Positions 25,405 through 43,094 of a DNA stretch of 64,000 nucleotides are shown piece after piece. The stretch is from the NCBI GenBank assembly GCA_964016885.1, contig OZ024741.1, positions 188,790,001 to 188,854,000 on the forward strand, written 5' to 3'. The DNA comes from Eledone cirrhosa (lineage: Eukaryota). Below the pieces are notes generated by a model. That model saw only the letters and a list, made by a program, of their open reading frames with translations. It ran no database searches and had not been told where the DNA came from. The translations under genes were made by a program, and so were the position numbers. The stretch's first letter is position 1; each line of letters begins with the position of its first letter.

Positions 25405-25530
25405 CGTGATTGTAAGGTTGAGAGTTTGAATCCCATCAGTGCGTTGTGTTCTTGAGCAAGGCACTTTATTTCGTCTTTCTTCTCTCCACTGAAGTAAAAA
25501 AAAGTGTACTCTGCCAGTAAGTCGAAGAAC
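25405..25530 (+). mobile_element. SINE fragment (second tRNA-derived family)
   Basis: B-box-like gagtttgaatccc followed by the core ttgtgttcttgagcaaggcactttattt. Confidence 0.55.
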
Positions 25531-25785
25531 CAATGTATTCCCACCCTGAAACCCTCCATTATACGTGTCTATGGAATGTTCAGACACTCTCACCTTAATT
25601 TCAGGCAGTTCCATTTGAGAAACCTAGCTGGAAGAATCCTCATCACAAGCAATATGGTACCATCATACATATGAACACATAGACACACACACACATGTTT
25701 CAAAGAGAATAGAAGAGATAAATAAAATAAGTACTAGATTTTAAAATATATGTACTGGAATTGAGGTCAAGAAAATCCTTTAATT

Positions 25786-28700
25786 GTGGTACCCCAGCAT
25801 GGGCACAGTCTAATGTCTGAAACAGGTGCAGGCTGGAGAATTGTTCTTCCTCCTTCAATCTATGGTTCCTCTCACTTCTACAGTGAGTGCTTTCAGAATT
25901 CGATGACTGTGGTTCGACATATGGGAAAGCCATCTTATTTCATCACGGTAACAACTAACCCTAACTGGGATGAAATAAAAAAAATAGTTTGCACCCTGGT
26001 GAAGAACCTAGAGACCGTCCTGATATTTGTGCAAGAGTCTTCAAGATCAAGTATGACAGCCTCATGGATGACATTCTGAAAAAAAAATGTCCTAGGAAAA
26101 GTTGTGGCTCATTCTGCTACAATAGAGTGGCAGAAAACGAGGCCTCACTCATGCTCATATTCTGCTGATAATGGCTGAAGATAGCAAGCCTGAAACTGCT
26201 GATGCCATTGATCAGGTACTGTACTGTGAGATTCCTGATAAAGAGACCAATCCAATTCTGCATAAGATCATCACATCCTGCAACATTCATGGCCCATGTG
26301 GACAAGCTAATATGATGTGCTCATGTATGGAAGGGCTAGGATAACAACACCATTGCTAAAAAAGTTATCCCAAGGCATTCAGACAAACCACATTTGTTGC
26401 CGAAAATTCCTTTCCGAAGTATAGAAGGAGTAGACAGCATGGTGGTCACACCTATACAATCCAACTTAAAGATCAAGAATTTACTGTTGATAATCGTTGG
26501 ATTGTTCCATACAACCTTTCCTCTCATTGAGATATCAGTGCCACATCAATTATGAGGTTGTCCACAGTGTCAAGGCTGTTAAGTACTAATATAAGTACAT
26601 CACAAAAGGATCAGACAAGATCACTTTCACTATTAAGGATGATCAAGGAAATTGTGTCCATGTCCAAAATGAGGTTGAGACCTATATCAAGTACGGTACA
26701 TCTCAGCCAGTGAAGCATTCTGGAGAATCTATAAATTTCCATTACATCATCGAAAACCGCCAGTTGAAAAGTTGCCTTGCCATTTACCTGGGGAACAAAT
26801 GGTCGTGAATGAGCGAGGGCAGGAAAAAAGTATTGTTTCTAGGGGACAGCCAATGACTAAGTTGACAGAATATTTTCAACTGAATATTAGAGACCCACTG
26901 GCACAAAACATATTGCATATTTATATTCCTAAATATTTCACTTGGACAAACAAAAAGTGGCAAAGAAGAAAAAAGGGACATCTGGACGGTGAGCAACAAT
27001 TTATGAGTGAATCTCTTGGACACATTCCAACAGTATCTCTCAGTAGACATCAATCTGAATTATATTACCTCAGGATGATCCTACATCACAAGGCTAGGTC
27101 AACTTCATACAAAGATTTGAGGACAATTGAAGGAGTTGAATTTCCAACATTCCAAGAAGCATGCAGGAAACTTGGTCTGTTAAATGAAGATGGAGAAAAA
27201 GACAAAGCTAATGGAAGAGGCCTCATCCATTACGCTTGGTCCTCAGCTGCGAGAGATCTTCTGCACCATTTTATTGTACAGCATGCCAAATGACCATCTG
27301 CGGTTCTGCAAGAAATGGAAGAATTGTCTTGCAGAGGATATCATGCATGAACGTCATGAGCAAGTCATGTCCATGCAAACCGTGCAGATTGTTCTACAGA
27401 AGATCCAACAAAGACTTCAACATGATGGCTTGGACATTCATGCCAACTATGGACTTCCTCGACCAGACCCAACTATTGTTGCCATACCAGAAATCAACAG
27501 AGTTCTTATGGCAGAAACTGATTTCAATACACACCAACCGCAAGCAAACATAAATGAACTTCTGCCAACATTGAATCCTGAGCAACTGGTTATTTTTCAC
27601 GAAGTAATCACCTCTGTAAACGAAAATAAAGGCATAATTTTCTGCTTGAATGCAAGTGCAGGTACAGGAAAGACCTATGTCATAAACATCCTATTGGATT
27701 ACCTCAGATATAAAAAAAAGAATTTCACTTGCCACTGCCATATCTGGAATAGCAGCAACTTTGCTTCACAAAGGTAGAACTCTTCATTCCAAGTGCAAGA
27801 TTCCTCTCAATGTTACTGCTGAATCAACTTGCTTCTTCACAAAGAGGGATGACACAGGTAAACTTATGCAGCAAGCTGACCTGCTAATCATTGATGAGAT
27901 AGGTATGGAAGCATATCTTTGAATAATACCTTGACAGGAGCTTCAAAGATGTTCAAGATTGCAAAAAGCCATTTGGTGGTCTAGCAGTATTAATATCTGG
28001 TGACTGGAAGCAAATTCTTCCAGTTGTACGTCATGGTGCTAGACCGCAAATAGTTGAGGCAACCATCAAGAGGTCCTATCTCTGGGACTATGTGGAAACC
28101 ATGGAGATGACAACCAATCAACGGTTAATTAATACAGAGAATTTTGATGAAAGACAGTTTGCAAACTACCTTCTTGATGTGGGAAATGGTAACATTCCAA
28201 CTGTAGGTGCATTCACAATTCTTCTGCCAAATGAACTTTGTCTGGAATATGGTAATGTGTCTGGACTGTGAGATTTTGTGTGTACAAATCTTCCAGGAAA
28301 CTACACAAACCCACTATGGCTTGCAAATAGAGCCATTATCACTCCAACAAATGATGCAGCAAGATTGGTGAATGAGTTCATGGTCAACAAGTTCCCTGAT
28401 CATGAAATAATCTACAGAAGCTCTGATACAGTAGATAATGAACTGCAATATCCAATTGAGTTCATCAACAAACTTACCCCATCAGGCTTCCCAACACACA
28501 TACTTAAACTGAAGAAAGGCGGTTGCATCATGCTTCTGAGAAATCTGGATCCTCTAAATGGGCATTGCAATGGTACATGATACATCATCATCAGTTTACA
28601 TAGTCATGTAATTGAAGCTGAAGTGCCATTGGGTCCCAATGCTGGAACAAGGTTGCTAATCCCAAGGATACCACATGTATCTCAAGAGCTTGAGTTCCCT

Positions 28701-28930
28701 TTCACCTTTACTCGCAAGCAATTTCCTGTCAAACCAGCCTTTGCCCTTACATGCAACAAGGCACAAGGGCAGACATTTGAAAAGATAGGTGTATATCTAC
28801 CAACACAATTCTTCTCACATGATCCGATGTATGTTGCAATATCCTGAGTTACAAAAAAAGAAAATATAAAAATATTAAATGAAAGGGGTCTGTTTGCTGA
28901 CAACTGTGGCTACAAAGAAATTCTACAGTG
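25786..28930 (+). pseudogene. Second, more decayed and 5'-truncated Helitron RepHel gene
   Basis: RIVLPPS, GKPSYFITVTTNPNW, IEWQK(fs)RGLTHAH, YYLRMIL, ASAGTGKT, MLLRNLDPLNGHCNGT, QFPVKPAFALTCNKAQGQT; many stops. Confidence 0.92.
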
Positions 28931-30287
28931 ATGTGAAACAGTTATCACTCTCTTTTAGTTGAAATGCATTTCAGTTTCTTTTTAACTGCTAGAAAAGGGA
29001 CACTACAAGAACTTAAGAAGTCTATATGTGAATACAGTAAAACAACAATATAGCGAAGGTCAACTCTTCATATTGGTAAATGTAATTCATTCATTCATAC
29101 CAGCAGCATCTATTTTCAAATTCACTGCTTGAAGCTTCCCATCGACATTCTCAAGTGAAGATTCATGAACATTTTCTGTCAACAGTTTCATCTCTTTTCC
29201 ATCTCCATTATCCCCTTTTTTAAAAATGTATCATGGATTACTTTACTGATTACAGAAGTGTAACACAGTCTTTGTTCAGTTTATGTGCATATTGTCAATT
29301 TACGTATTATATATATGTGCATATATATTTGTGTATATCAATATTCACACTATATATGCCAGAAGAAAACCACCCGAAGAGCAGTTCTTCTGCTAGTTTG
29401 TATAGTAATGATCAGAGAACTTCCATTTTATTAAACAATACTGAAGCGTATGTGTGTCATATTGTCGATAGATGATACATATGTGTAAAATTCTTTCATG
29501 GATGTTAGTTCGCTACTGAGGGAAAACATTTTTTACGGGTGTTATAAAATATATTTTAACAGAATATCATTTTTGTTTTATTATTAATAAAACATAATAA
29601 TTGCAAATAATGTCCAAATATTTCTGCGGACTTCCAAAATTTTCTCTCAGACCACTGGTTGGCAATCACTGTACTGTCATCAATGATAACTAGGTCATTT
29701 CAGTAATTTTTAATTTGTCCTTTTCAAGCCTCACTTTCCAGCTAACTGGTGGCTATTTTGCTCTTCCACTATCTTCCCTTCCATTTATCTATATATCTAA
29801 TCTAATTCACTTTATAATACTTTCTTTCTCTTCCCCACCCTCATTCTCAACACATGCACTATTTTGCCCTATCACATTTTTATCATGCTGCATCTTTAAT
29901 TTCTGCTTCCTATTGTAGATTATTATCTTTCCTTTACCATCTCTTCTTTGCTCACTCTCTCTTTCAACCCAACCCTCTATATTTCCTTAACTGCTTACCG
30001 AATTGCTTGTCCTATTTGCTACTGATTGTTTGCTATTTCCGCCCCCTCCCCATATACACTCTTTTAATCTCCTACCTATGTATCAATCTAATCCAAATCT
30101 TTATCATACTTTCTCTTTCACTCTTTCAGCACAACCCCTGCTTTCTCCTTCCCAATTCCTATAGCATGACAAAAAAAAAGTAAAAAAAAAAAAAAATCAA
30201 AAACAAAAGAAAGGACGTGACTTATCATTTTACAAGGGGAATGGAACAGATATATCCATTTTAAAGTATTCACCCTTTTGAAATTAA

Positions 30288-30516
30288 CCCATTTGAAACT
30301 ACTCTGGTTTTATGATACATAACTGCTCATTTTAACTGTTCATACTTATATTAAAACTTTCCATCATAATTTTATTTAAGAAATTTTTGTTAAGTATTGT
30401 TTCAAACATCAGCTTACCAATGAAAAGATTAGTTATCTCATTAAATCCTTCAAATGTTCAAAATTAATTGATACACATAGGCAATGTATTTCATTATAAA
30501 TATGGTAACAAAAGGG
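30288..30516. mobile_element. Decayed piggyBac-type MITE
   Basis: TTAA|CCCATTTG.. and ..CAAAAGGG|TTAA. Confidence 0.55.
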
Positions 30517-31414
30517 TTAATGTTTAAATTAAAAGTTTAATGGATGAACCTTTTGTTAAGTTATGTTCTAATCTCCAGATTCATCATTTTACATTTGCTT
30601 TGGTGATTAATAATAGAAACATCAGTATTTTTACTAAATCTCTCTAAATTCTTGATTATTTAGAAAAACAATTGAAACATTGAAAAGTGTATTTTATTAG
30701 AAATATAGTTACAAAAGAGTTCCAGGTCACTAGGGAAACTTTACATGGTGGAGGCCCAACAGTCAAACTACTCAAAATGCAAACTAAGTCATCACTCGAC
30801 ATGCTAGAAATAGCAGTTAAAAATCTAGTTTATATGATACTCCATTGTCTTAAATAAAAAAAACAAGGTGTAGAGGAGGAACGTAAAATCGATTACCTTG
30901 CTAGTCCTGTCCTAAATATTTTTTGTCTAGCTGCATAATACACAAACCACACTCACACAAAATCTGGCCAGAAATTCTGGGTTTCTCACAAGCTCATAGT
31001 CCCACACCAGTAACTACCAATCCTTAAGAGGAAAGACATCCTGTCATTTTTCCCTTTCACTCATGTCACATTGCTCCTCCAGTTACCTCTGGTATGTCAC
31101 CCATAACCCCGCAGAAGGACTCATTAGATAATGTAATTTCATTTTCTTTTTGATGACAAATTGGTAAAGTTATTAGAGCATCAGTATTTATTCTCTCTAT
31201 TTGGACTCTGGTTTTATATCCTAATGAGGAAAATTCTGCCTTTCATTCTTTTCTTCTTCTTCTCTTAGGCCGCAATTCCTGATGGAGTTGCAAGGTACTG
31301 TAGTAACATATGGTGTCTCTTGGGCTTTTTTAAAAACTTAGCAGAGCTCTTCTCCAAGTCTGAACACAGCTACTTTCTTCCAAGGGGAAGTAAGGAAGAG
31401 ATATAAAGATAAAA

Positions 31415-31520
31415 TTGACCCTAGTACTTTACTGGTACATTTGTTTTATTGTTCATGAAAGGATGAAAAGCAAAGCTGACATTGGTGGGATTTGAACTCA
31501 GAGCACAAAGAGAATGAATA
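31415..31520 (-). mobile_element. SINE fragment, reverse orientation
   Basis: actggtac..ttttatt..aaggatgaaaagcaaagctgac..gggatttgaactcaga is the reverse complement of the SINE core. Confidence 0.65.
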
Positions 31521-31899
31521 ACACAAAACATTCTATCCCTTATTCTAACAACTCTGATAACTTGTCTCTTTTTCATGTTTTTGGGTTCGGCAAAATAAAG
31601 TACCAGTCCTGTGGGGAGGGAGATTAGTAAAATTGTTACATCTTTAGACATAATCCTATATTTGTTCCAGTTCTTTGAATTCTCAGTTCAAATCCCACTG
31701 TAGCCTACTTGGATGATAGACTGAATCCATTGCCCATTTTAACATCACCACCTTTTGTAGAGTCTACCTTGTTGTAAGTATTTAGGACAGGTTTATAGTC
31801 TGAGACCTTTTCTCCTTTCATTTGTCTTGGGTAGTTTTTTTTTTTTACTGTTTAGTCAGCATAACTGTCTAATCAGTAAAATAAATAAATAAATAAAAT

Positions 31900-32090
31900 G
31901 GTTTCTGATTTAGGCACAAGGCCAGGCATTTTGGGGGAGGGGAAAATCGATTAAATCGACCCCAGTAACTGACTGATTGGCACTTTATTTTATCAACCCC
32001 ATAAGGATGAAAGGCAAAGCTAACATCAGCGGGATTTGAACTCAGAATGTAAAGGGCCGTAACTCTATGTCGCGAAGCATGTTATCCGAA
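31900..32090 (-). mobile_element. SINE, reverse orientation (12836-like family)
   Basis: ttaggcacaaggcca..aaggatgaaaggcaaag..gggatttgaactcaga. Confidence 0.75.
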
Positions 32091-32710
32091 ATATGATAGA
32101 GGGTTCTCCTTTCCTCGAGCACAGAGATCTTTTGCCTTTTATTAAAAATTTCCATAGGAAAGAATATTTTAATGAGGCAATAGACTTATTAAAAAAATAA
32201 ATAAAAACATCTGCGTTAGGTTGGCATTAGAAGAAGTGTCACTACATGTCGTATCCTAGACGAGGGGCTAACCACTGTGGAGCAAGAAGATTATGATACC
32301 TCCTGGCCTTTTGCCAACACCTCAGCCCAAAACTAAATAGTTATTGTAGGACCTGGTGGGTTGGACACAATAAGGGAAATGAGAGGAGAGTTGAGATGAG
32401 TGAGCCTGAGTGAAGGTGTGACAAGACCAGCTAACAAAAACACCAAATCCTATAATAAACTCACTATTGAATCTCTAAATAATCAAAGTGCCTATATGTT
32501 GTCGTTCGACCTGCTAAAAATATTAACCAAATCTCTTTGAAACCATACTTTATTGGCTTAGAAAAAGGAGTGATACATTAGATAATGTAATTCTATGCAC
32601 ACAATGTTTTAAAAAAAGACAGGACGATCTCAGTTATAACTCCTCTGATTATAAGTTTTATAGATCAGAGCTAACCCAGGCTAAGCAACAAGCCTATGAG
32701 AGAGGCCCTA

Positions 32711-33812
32711 CATGGTTGCTTTCTCTGCCAAAAATAACAGTGACCTGTCCCCCAAATCACACTTACTATCTTAAAACATGAAGGATGTATCTGATACTGC
32801 AGTTCTATATATATAATGTCTCACAAAAACAAAATAAAAAAGGAATATCTTTGACAATAAGTCTGCTGAATCAGGCTTAATCTAGGGTGTAAGAACAACA
32901 ATGACAATAACAGCAGCAGCTATCTACTATAGCTACAACAAACCCTTCAATCCACAAGAAATGGTAGTCAAATTTACCATAAACCACATCCCACCATCTT
33001 AACATGAGGCCTGAACAAAACGATGAGACGGTCATGGAAAGAACACCCTTGAATATCTAATTATGGGTCTGCTCATCAGAGAACTGAGCAGGGTCATAGC
33101 AACAACAACAACAAAAATTATAGCTACCAAAGGAACCTTTAGCCTATTAGAAATAGTAGCCAAATCAGACCCTTTTGTCTTAAAAAACAAAGGACAAAAT
33201 AGAATAATGTAATCTCAGGTGTACTATCTGAAAAAATGCGAAAAAATGACAAGAAGTACATATTAATCCACCAACCCCTCCCCCGGGGTTAGGGTTAAGG
33301 TTAGGGTTAGGGTTGGGGTTAGGGAAAGTGGGGGTAAAGAAAACTTGGGGAGGGTGGGGGCAGGTCAGAGGATCCCCCACCCCCTCTGTATTCAGGTAAA
33401 AAAAGGCCTTTTCAGCATGATTGGAGAGGAAAAAATAGTAAAGACAACTCGGGAGGGACAGGATCTGCAGGCTGGATTACCCGCTCTACCCCATCCCTCT
33501 TCTGAAGAAAAAGGTCCTTCATAGCATATTTGGAGGTAAGTTTAATTGATAGCTGACGAAAACAATGAATAATTATTTTGTATTTAAACCGGTGGGGGAG
33601 GCTGAAAAGACCGAGCTAAACATGTTGCTTTCTCTGCCAAAAATAACAGTGACCTGTCCCCCAAATCACACTTACTATCTTAAAACATGAAGGATGTATC
33701 TGATACTGCAGTTCTATATATATAATGTCTCAAAAAAACAAAACAAAAAATAAATGAATATCTTTGACAATAAGCCTGTTGAATCAGGCTTAATCTAGGG
33801 TGTAAAAACAAC
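32711..33812 (+). repeat. ~190-bp direct duplication (32711-32900 and 33621-33812) within a degenerate ~190-bp repeat region
   Basis: gttgctttctctgccaaaaataacagtgacctgtcccccaaatcacac.. occurs twice, nearly identical. Confidence 0.8.
33289..33324 (+). repeat. Short interstitial telomere-like (TTAGGG)n tract
   Basis: ttagggttaaggttagggttagggttggggttaggg. Confidence 0.8.
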
Positions 33813-34575
33813 ACGTGACCTGGGCATTACTGTCAGCAGCGATTTGCGTTGGACAAAGCACATCTCTAAAATTGTCAAGAAGGCCGAGGGTGTCTTGGCA
33901 CCACTCAGCAAGACCTTTGTTAGCCGCTTTCCACCCATCTATTTAAAGCTGTATACAGCTATGATACGACCACACTTGGAATTCGCATCATCAGTCTGGA
34001 ACCCCTATCTTGCTCAGAACATTGACCTCTTGGAAACTGCTCAGAGACGTGCAACCAAGCGCATACCCTCCATCAGGCACCTACCATACTCTGAACGCCT
34101 TGCTTCCCTGGGCATTTATTCATTGAAGCTCCGACGTCTGGCAATGGACTTGGTAAACACCCACAAAGTTATTAACCATCTCGCCAACAACAACCCTGAG
34201 CATCTTTTTGATCTCCATGTGTCTAACACACATGGACATGCCTACAAAGTCAGAAAACAGCACAGCTCCCATGACTTTTGGAAACATTATTTCACGCTTA
34301 GAGTTGCTGAAGCATGGAAAAAACTGCCTACGTCAGTTGTTAGCTGCCGAGACACTGCATCCTTTAAAACACTCATGCTTCCCGAAATTCGCCAAAACTA
34401 CACCTGATGTCCCCCTTCCATACACATGCACACATGTGTATATCATGACTCATGCACTGTTCATTTTCCTGACGTTTGTACATTACCCTATGTACTATAC
34501 ATACACTTTTGATGAGTTGTAGTGCACCTGAGCACTGTACACAATATTTTCATTATTATTATCATTATTATTATT
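33813..34575 (+). mobile_element. 5'-truncated CR1/L2-group LINE 3' end (RT C-terminus, ORF 33844-34407)
   Basis: RDLGI..DLRWTKHI, LYTAMIRPHLEFASSVWNPY, LETAQRRATK, YSERL..L..LKLRR; (ATT)n tail. Confidence 0.88.
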
Positions 34576-35301
34576 TTACAAATTAATAAAATATATCAAA
34601 AGAATGCAGAAAAAAATCGTATAAATAAGGGGAAGTAACTGAGTATATTAGAGTTATACCCCTTACATGCTACTCTGTAGATTGCTCCTGAATTACTTCT
34701 TTCCGAAAGGATCGTGGGAGCAGAGTCCTCAAACACTCCTTCCAACGGGTCCTATCAGAAGCAACCGTCTCCAACTGATCCGGCTGGTTGACTAATTGCT
34801 ATGTGAGTGGAATTTGGTAGACATAAAATTGGATGTGTGTGTGTGTATGTGTATTTCTTAGCAGTTAAAAAAAAAAAAAAAGATTTAAATAAAATCAGTA
34901 CCAGATGTGATAAAATAAGTACCAGCCAAATATTACCTTTAATTTAATTTACTGTCTCCTCCCGCAAAATTGCTGGTCTGTGCCTAAATTGGAAACAATT
35001 ATTTTTAAGATTTGATTGGCCGAATTGCTAGAGCGTCAGACAAAATGTTTTGCTCCGACTCGTTACTTTCTAAGTTCAACTTTGCCTTTCATCCTTCCGA
35101 GAACGATGCAATAAAAATGTCATATTTTAATTAATCATAAATAACATTTTAAATGATTAAACAAATGATATTTTAAATAACTTATTAATGTCTGTGGAAT
35201 GCTCAGCCACTTGCACGTTAATTTCACGAGTAGACTGTTCCGTTGATCGTATCAACTGAAAAACTCATCGTTGTAACTGTATATATATATATATATATAT
35301 A

Positions 35302-35674
35302 CTAGCTGAGCTACCCGGTCATACCCGGGTATTTTATGAAAGTTACAATATATTTGGCACACATTATAAAATATTTGACCATTCAAATAAGATTGCTGAA
35401 TTTTAACCAAAGTAGGAATTATAGCAGAATATTTATTGCCGTTTGGTCAAAGTAAATCATCGAGATAAAAATATTAGTTTTTTCTAGTGGTGATTTTTTT
35501 TAATACTGCTCCCTATTACAGTCAGCATATATAATGCTTTACTCATAGATGAATCATTAGGTATGTTGTCAGGGCATGACCAAAAAAATACATTTAGATT
35601 TTTTTTATTTATCCTTTTTTTTTTTTTTTTCTCAATCGGAACCTCTGAAATTTAAACAACATGTAAGGAGACTA

Positions 35675-35754
<80 letters not shown>

Positions 35755-35756
35755 GA
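35302..35756 (-). mobile_element. Non-autonomous Helitron, minus strand
   Basis: Minus strand reads A|TCTATA.. at the 5' end (35756) and hairpin TACCCGG-gtatga-CCGGGTA then CTAG|T at the 3' end (35302); AT insertion site. Confidence 0.8.
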
Positions 35757-36330
35757 TTTTGAAATTTAAATTTGTCCAAGCACCACGGCCATTTGCCAAT
35801 ATGCTTTGTTTTTATTGATTTATCATTTTAAATCGAGACAGGCAAACTGTATTATTATAATTAGTATTTTTCAATCTAGCTAACTTAGTCATTTACAATA
35901 CAAACACGGATATGTTGGTATTTGTGTTTATCAAATATATTAATTTATATTAACTTGTGTGTATATATATATATATAAAGCCTAACAGTGAAATTTCCTA
36001 AAAACCTTTAAGTTTGGAAAATCCATTAATTTCTTCGGGAAAGGTTTCCTTTTCCCGAAGAAATTAATGGATTTTCAAACTTAAAGGCTTTTTTATGAAA
36101 TTTCATTGTTTTATAGGTTTACCGTCCAAGGAGCTCAGACTGTCATAATTAACAGTCCTCACCGAAAAATATATAACGGATTAAATAAACCTGAACCAAA
36201 TGAATATGGCCTCGGATTTTTTTTATTGATATATAATACTCCGGCTTGCACCTTTATACAGGTCGTTGAGTGCATCCTTTTCTCTACTTCGCAACCAACA
36301 GACCCTTATGTGGTCCACGCCTTACTATAA

Positions 36331-37890
<1,560 letters not shown>

Positions 37891-37892
<2 letters not shown>

Positions 37893-40290
37893 CTAAGTAT
37901 TCTATAAGTCTCTAGCTGTGTCATTCTCGATAAAAGCACTGGATATGTAGTCCTGATGATTTCTAACGAGAATGAAACGCGTAGATTTACTTCCCTTGCT
38001 TTTATCGAGAATCTAATTGTAATACGTGACGTATTCTATTCTATAGCGATTAGGTCTTCAAAATGTTTATTATAAACATACAGAATATTTTCGAATATTC
38101 TATGTCTATATTCACATATATATCGCTATTTCAGAGCATTTATTCCAATTTCTAATTTCTGCCGGACCGGCAACCGCTCTTTCAAACCAGTTCCTGTACA
38201 CAGCTAAGTATTCTATAAGTCTCTAGCTGTGTCATTCTCGATAAAAGCACTGGATATGTAGTCCTGATGATTTCTAACGAGAATGAAACGCGTAGATTTA
38301 CTTCCCTTGCTTTTATCGAGAATCTAATTGTAATACGTGACGTATTCTATTCTATAGCGATTAGGTCTTCAAAATGTTTATTATAAACATACAGAATATT
38401 TTCGAATATTCTATGTCTATATTCACATATATATCGCTATTTCAGAGCATTTATTCCAATTTCTAATTTCTGCCGGACCGGCAACCGCTCTTTCAAACCA
38501 GTTCCTGTACACAGCTAAGTATTCTATAAGTCTCTAGCTGTGTCATTCTCGATAAAAGCACTGGATATGTAGTCCTGATGATTTCTAACGAGAATGAAAC
38601 GCGTAGATTTACTTCCCTTGCTTTTATCGAGAATCTAATTGTAATACGTGACGTATTCTATTCTATAGCGATTAGGTCTTCAAAATGTTTATTATAAACA
38701 TACAGAATATTTTCGAATATTCTATGTCTATATTCACATATATATCGCTATTTCAGAGCATTTATTCCAATTTCTAATTTCTGCCGGACCGGCAACCGCT
38801 CTTTCAAACCAGTTCCTGTACACAGCTAAGTATTCTATAAGTCTCTAGCTGTGTCATTCTCGATAAAAGCACTGGATATGTAGTCCTGATGATTTCTAAC
38901 GAGAATGAAACGCGTAGATTTACTTCCCTTGCTTTTATCGAGAATCTAATTGTAATACGTGACGTATTCTATTCTATAGCGATTAGGTCTTCAAAATGTT
39001 TATTATAAACATACAGAATATTTTCGAATATTCTATGTCTATATTCACATATATATCGCTATTTCAGAGCATTTATTCCAATTTCTAATTTCTGCCGGAC
39101 CGGCAACCGCTCTTTCAAACCAGTTCCTGTACACAGCTAAGTATTCTATAAGTCTCTAGCTGTGTCATTCTCGATAAAAGCACTGGATATGTAGTCCTGA
39201 TGATTTCTAACGAGAATGAAACGCGTAGATTTACTTCCCTTGCTTTTATCGAGAATCTAATTGTAATACGTGACGTATTCTATTCTATAGCGATTAGGTC
39301 TTCAAAATGTTTATTATAAACATACAGAATATTTTCGAATATTCTATGTCTATATTCACATATATATCGCTATTTCAGAGCATTTATTCCAATTTCTAAT
39401 TTCTGCCGGACCGGCAACCGCTCTTTCAAACCAGTTCCTGTACACAGCTAAGTATTCTATAAGTCTCTAGCTGTGTCATTCTCGATAAAAGCACTGGATA
39501 TGTAGTCCTGATGATTTCTAACGAGAATGAAACGCGTAGATTTACTTCCCTTGCTTTTATCGAGAATCTAATTGTAATACGTGACGTATTCTATTCTATA
39601 GCGATTAGGTCTTCAAAATGTTTATTATAAACATACAGAATATTTTCGAATATTCTATGTCTATATTCACATATATATCGCTATTTCAGAGCATTTATTC
39701 CAATTTCTAATTTCTGCCGGACCGGCAACCGCTCTTTCAAACCAGTTCCTGTACACAGCTAAGTATTCTATAAGTCTCTAGCTGTGTCATTCTCGATAAA
39801 AGCACTGGATATGTAGTCCTGATGATTTCTAACGAGAATGAAACGCGTAGATTTACTTCCCTTGCTTTTATCGAGAATCTAATTGTAATACGTGACGTAT
39901 TCTATTCTATAGCGATTAGGTCTTCAAAATGTTTATTATAAACATACAGAATATTTTCGAATATTCTATGTCTATATTCACATATATATCGCTATTTCAG
40001 AGCATTTATTCCAATTTCTAATTTCTGCCGGACCGGCAACCGCTCTTTCAAACCAGTTCCTGTACACAGCTAAGTATTCTATAAGTCTCTAGCTGTGTCA
40101 TTCTCGATAAAAGCACTGGATATGTAGTCCTGATGATTTCTAACGAGAATGAAACGCGTAGATTTACTTCCCTTGCTTTTATCGAGAATCTAATTGTAAT
40201 ACGTGACGTATTCTATTCTATAGCGATTAGGTCTTCAAAATGTTTATTATAAACATACAGAATATTTTCGAATATTCTATGTCTATATTC
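37891..40290 (+). mobile_element. Tandem array of 311-bp units (7 full + 1 partial), each with a hammerhead ribozyme motif; non-LTR retrozyme / Penelope pLTR-like
   Basis: Units start at 37891, 38202, 38513, 38824, 39135, 39446, 39757 and 40068 and look identical; each has CTGATGA..GAAACGCGTA. Confidence 0.85.
37923..38011 (+). ncRNA. Type I hammerhead ribozyme motif with minimal palindromic stem III (first of 8 copies at 311-bp spacing)
   Basis: Extended stem I attctcgataaaagca/tgcttttatcgagaat, internal loop, then agtc/gatt; CTGATGA 37953-37959; stem II ttct-aacg-agaa; GAAA 37974-37977; ACGCGT stem III; GUA site ending 37983. Confidence 0.78.
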
Positions 40291-42894
<2,604 letters not shown>

Positions 42895-43094
42895 NNNNNN
42901 NNNNNNNNNNNNNNNNNNNNNNNNNNNNNNNNNNNNNNNNNNNNNNNNNNNNNNNNNNNNNNNNNNNNNNNNNNNNNNNNNNNNNNNNNNNNNNNNNNNN
43001 NNNNNNNNNNNNNNNNNNNNNNNNNNNNNNNNNNNNNNNNNNNNNNNNNNNNNNNNNNNNNNNNNNNNNNNNNNNNNNNNNNNNNNNNNNNNNN
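42895..43094. other. Assembly gap (200 N)
   Basis: Run of N; adjacency of the flanks comes from scaffolding only. Confidence 0.99.

Larger units (their letters stand above)
15803..29671. mobile_element. Possible hAT (Charlie/Buster-like) non-autonomous element split by ~13 kb of nested insertions
   Basis: Degenerate TIRs caacagtcaccaacc / ggttggcaatcactg, with subterminal (c)ggaccac/agaccac motifs at both ends. The TSD matches only partly (tactagag vs tactgtca). Confidence 0.4.

Noticed and set aside
33289-33324. True telomere
   Set aside because: Only about six imperfect units, with ordinary sequence on both sides.
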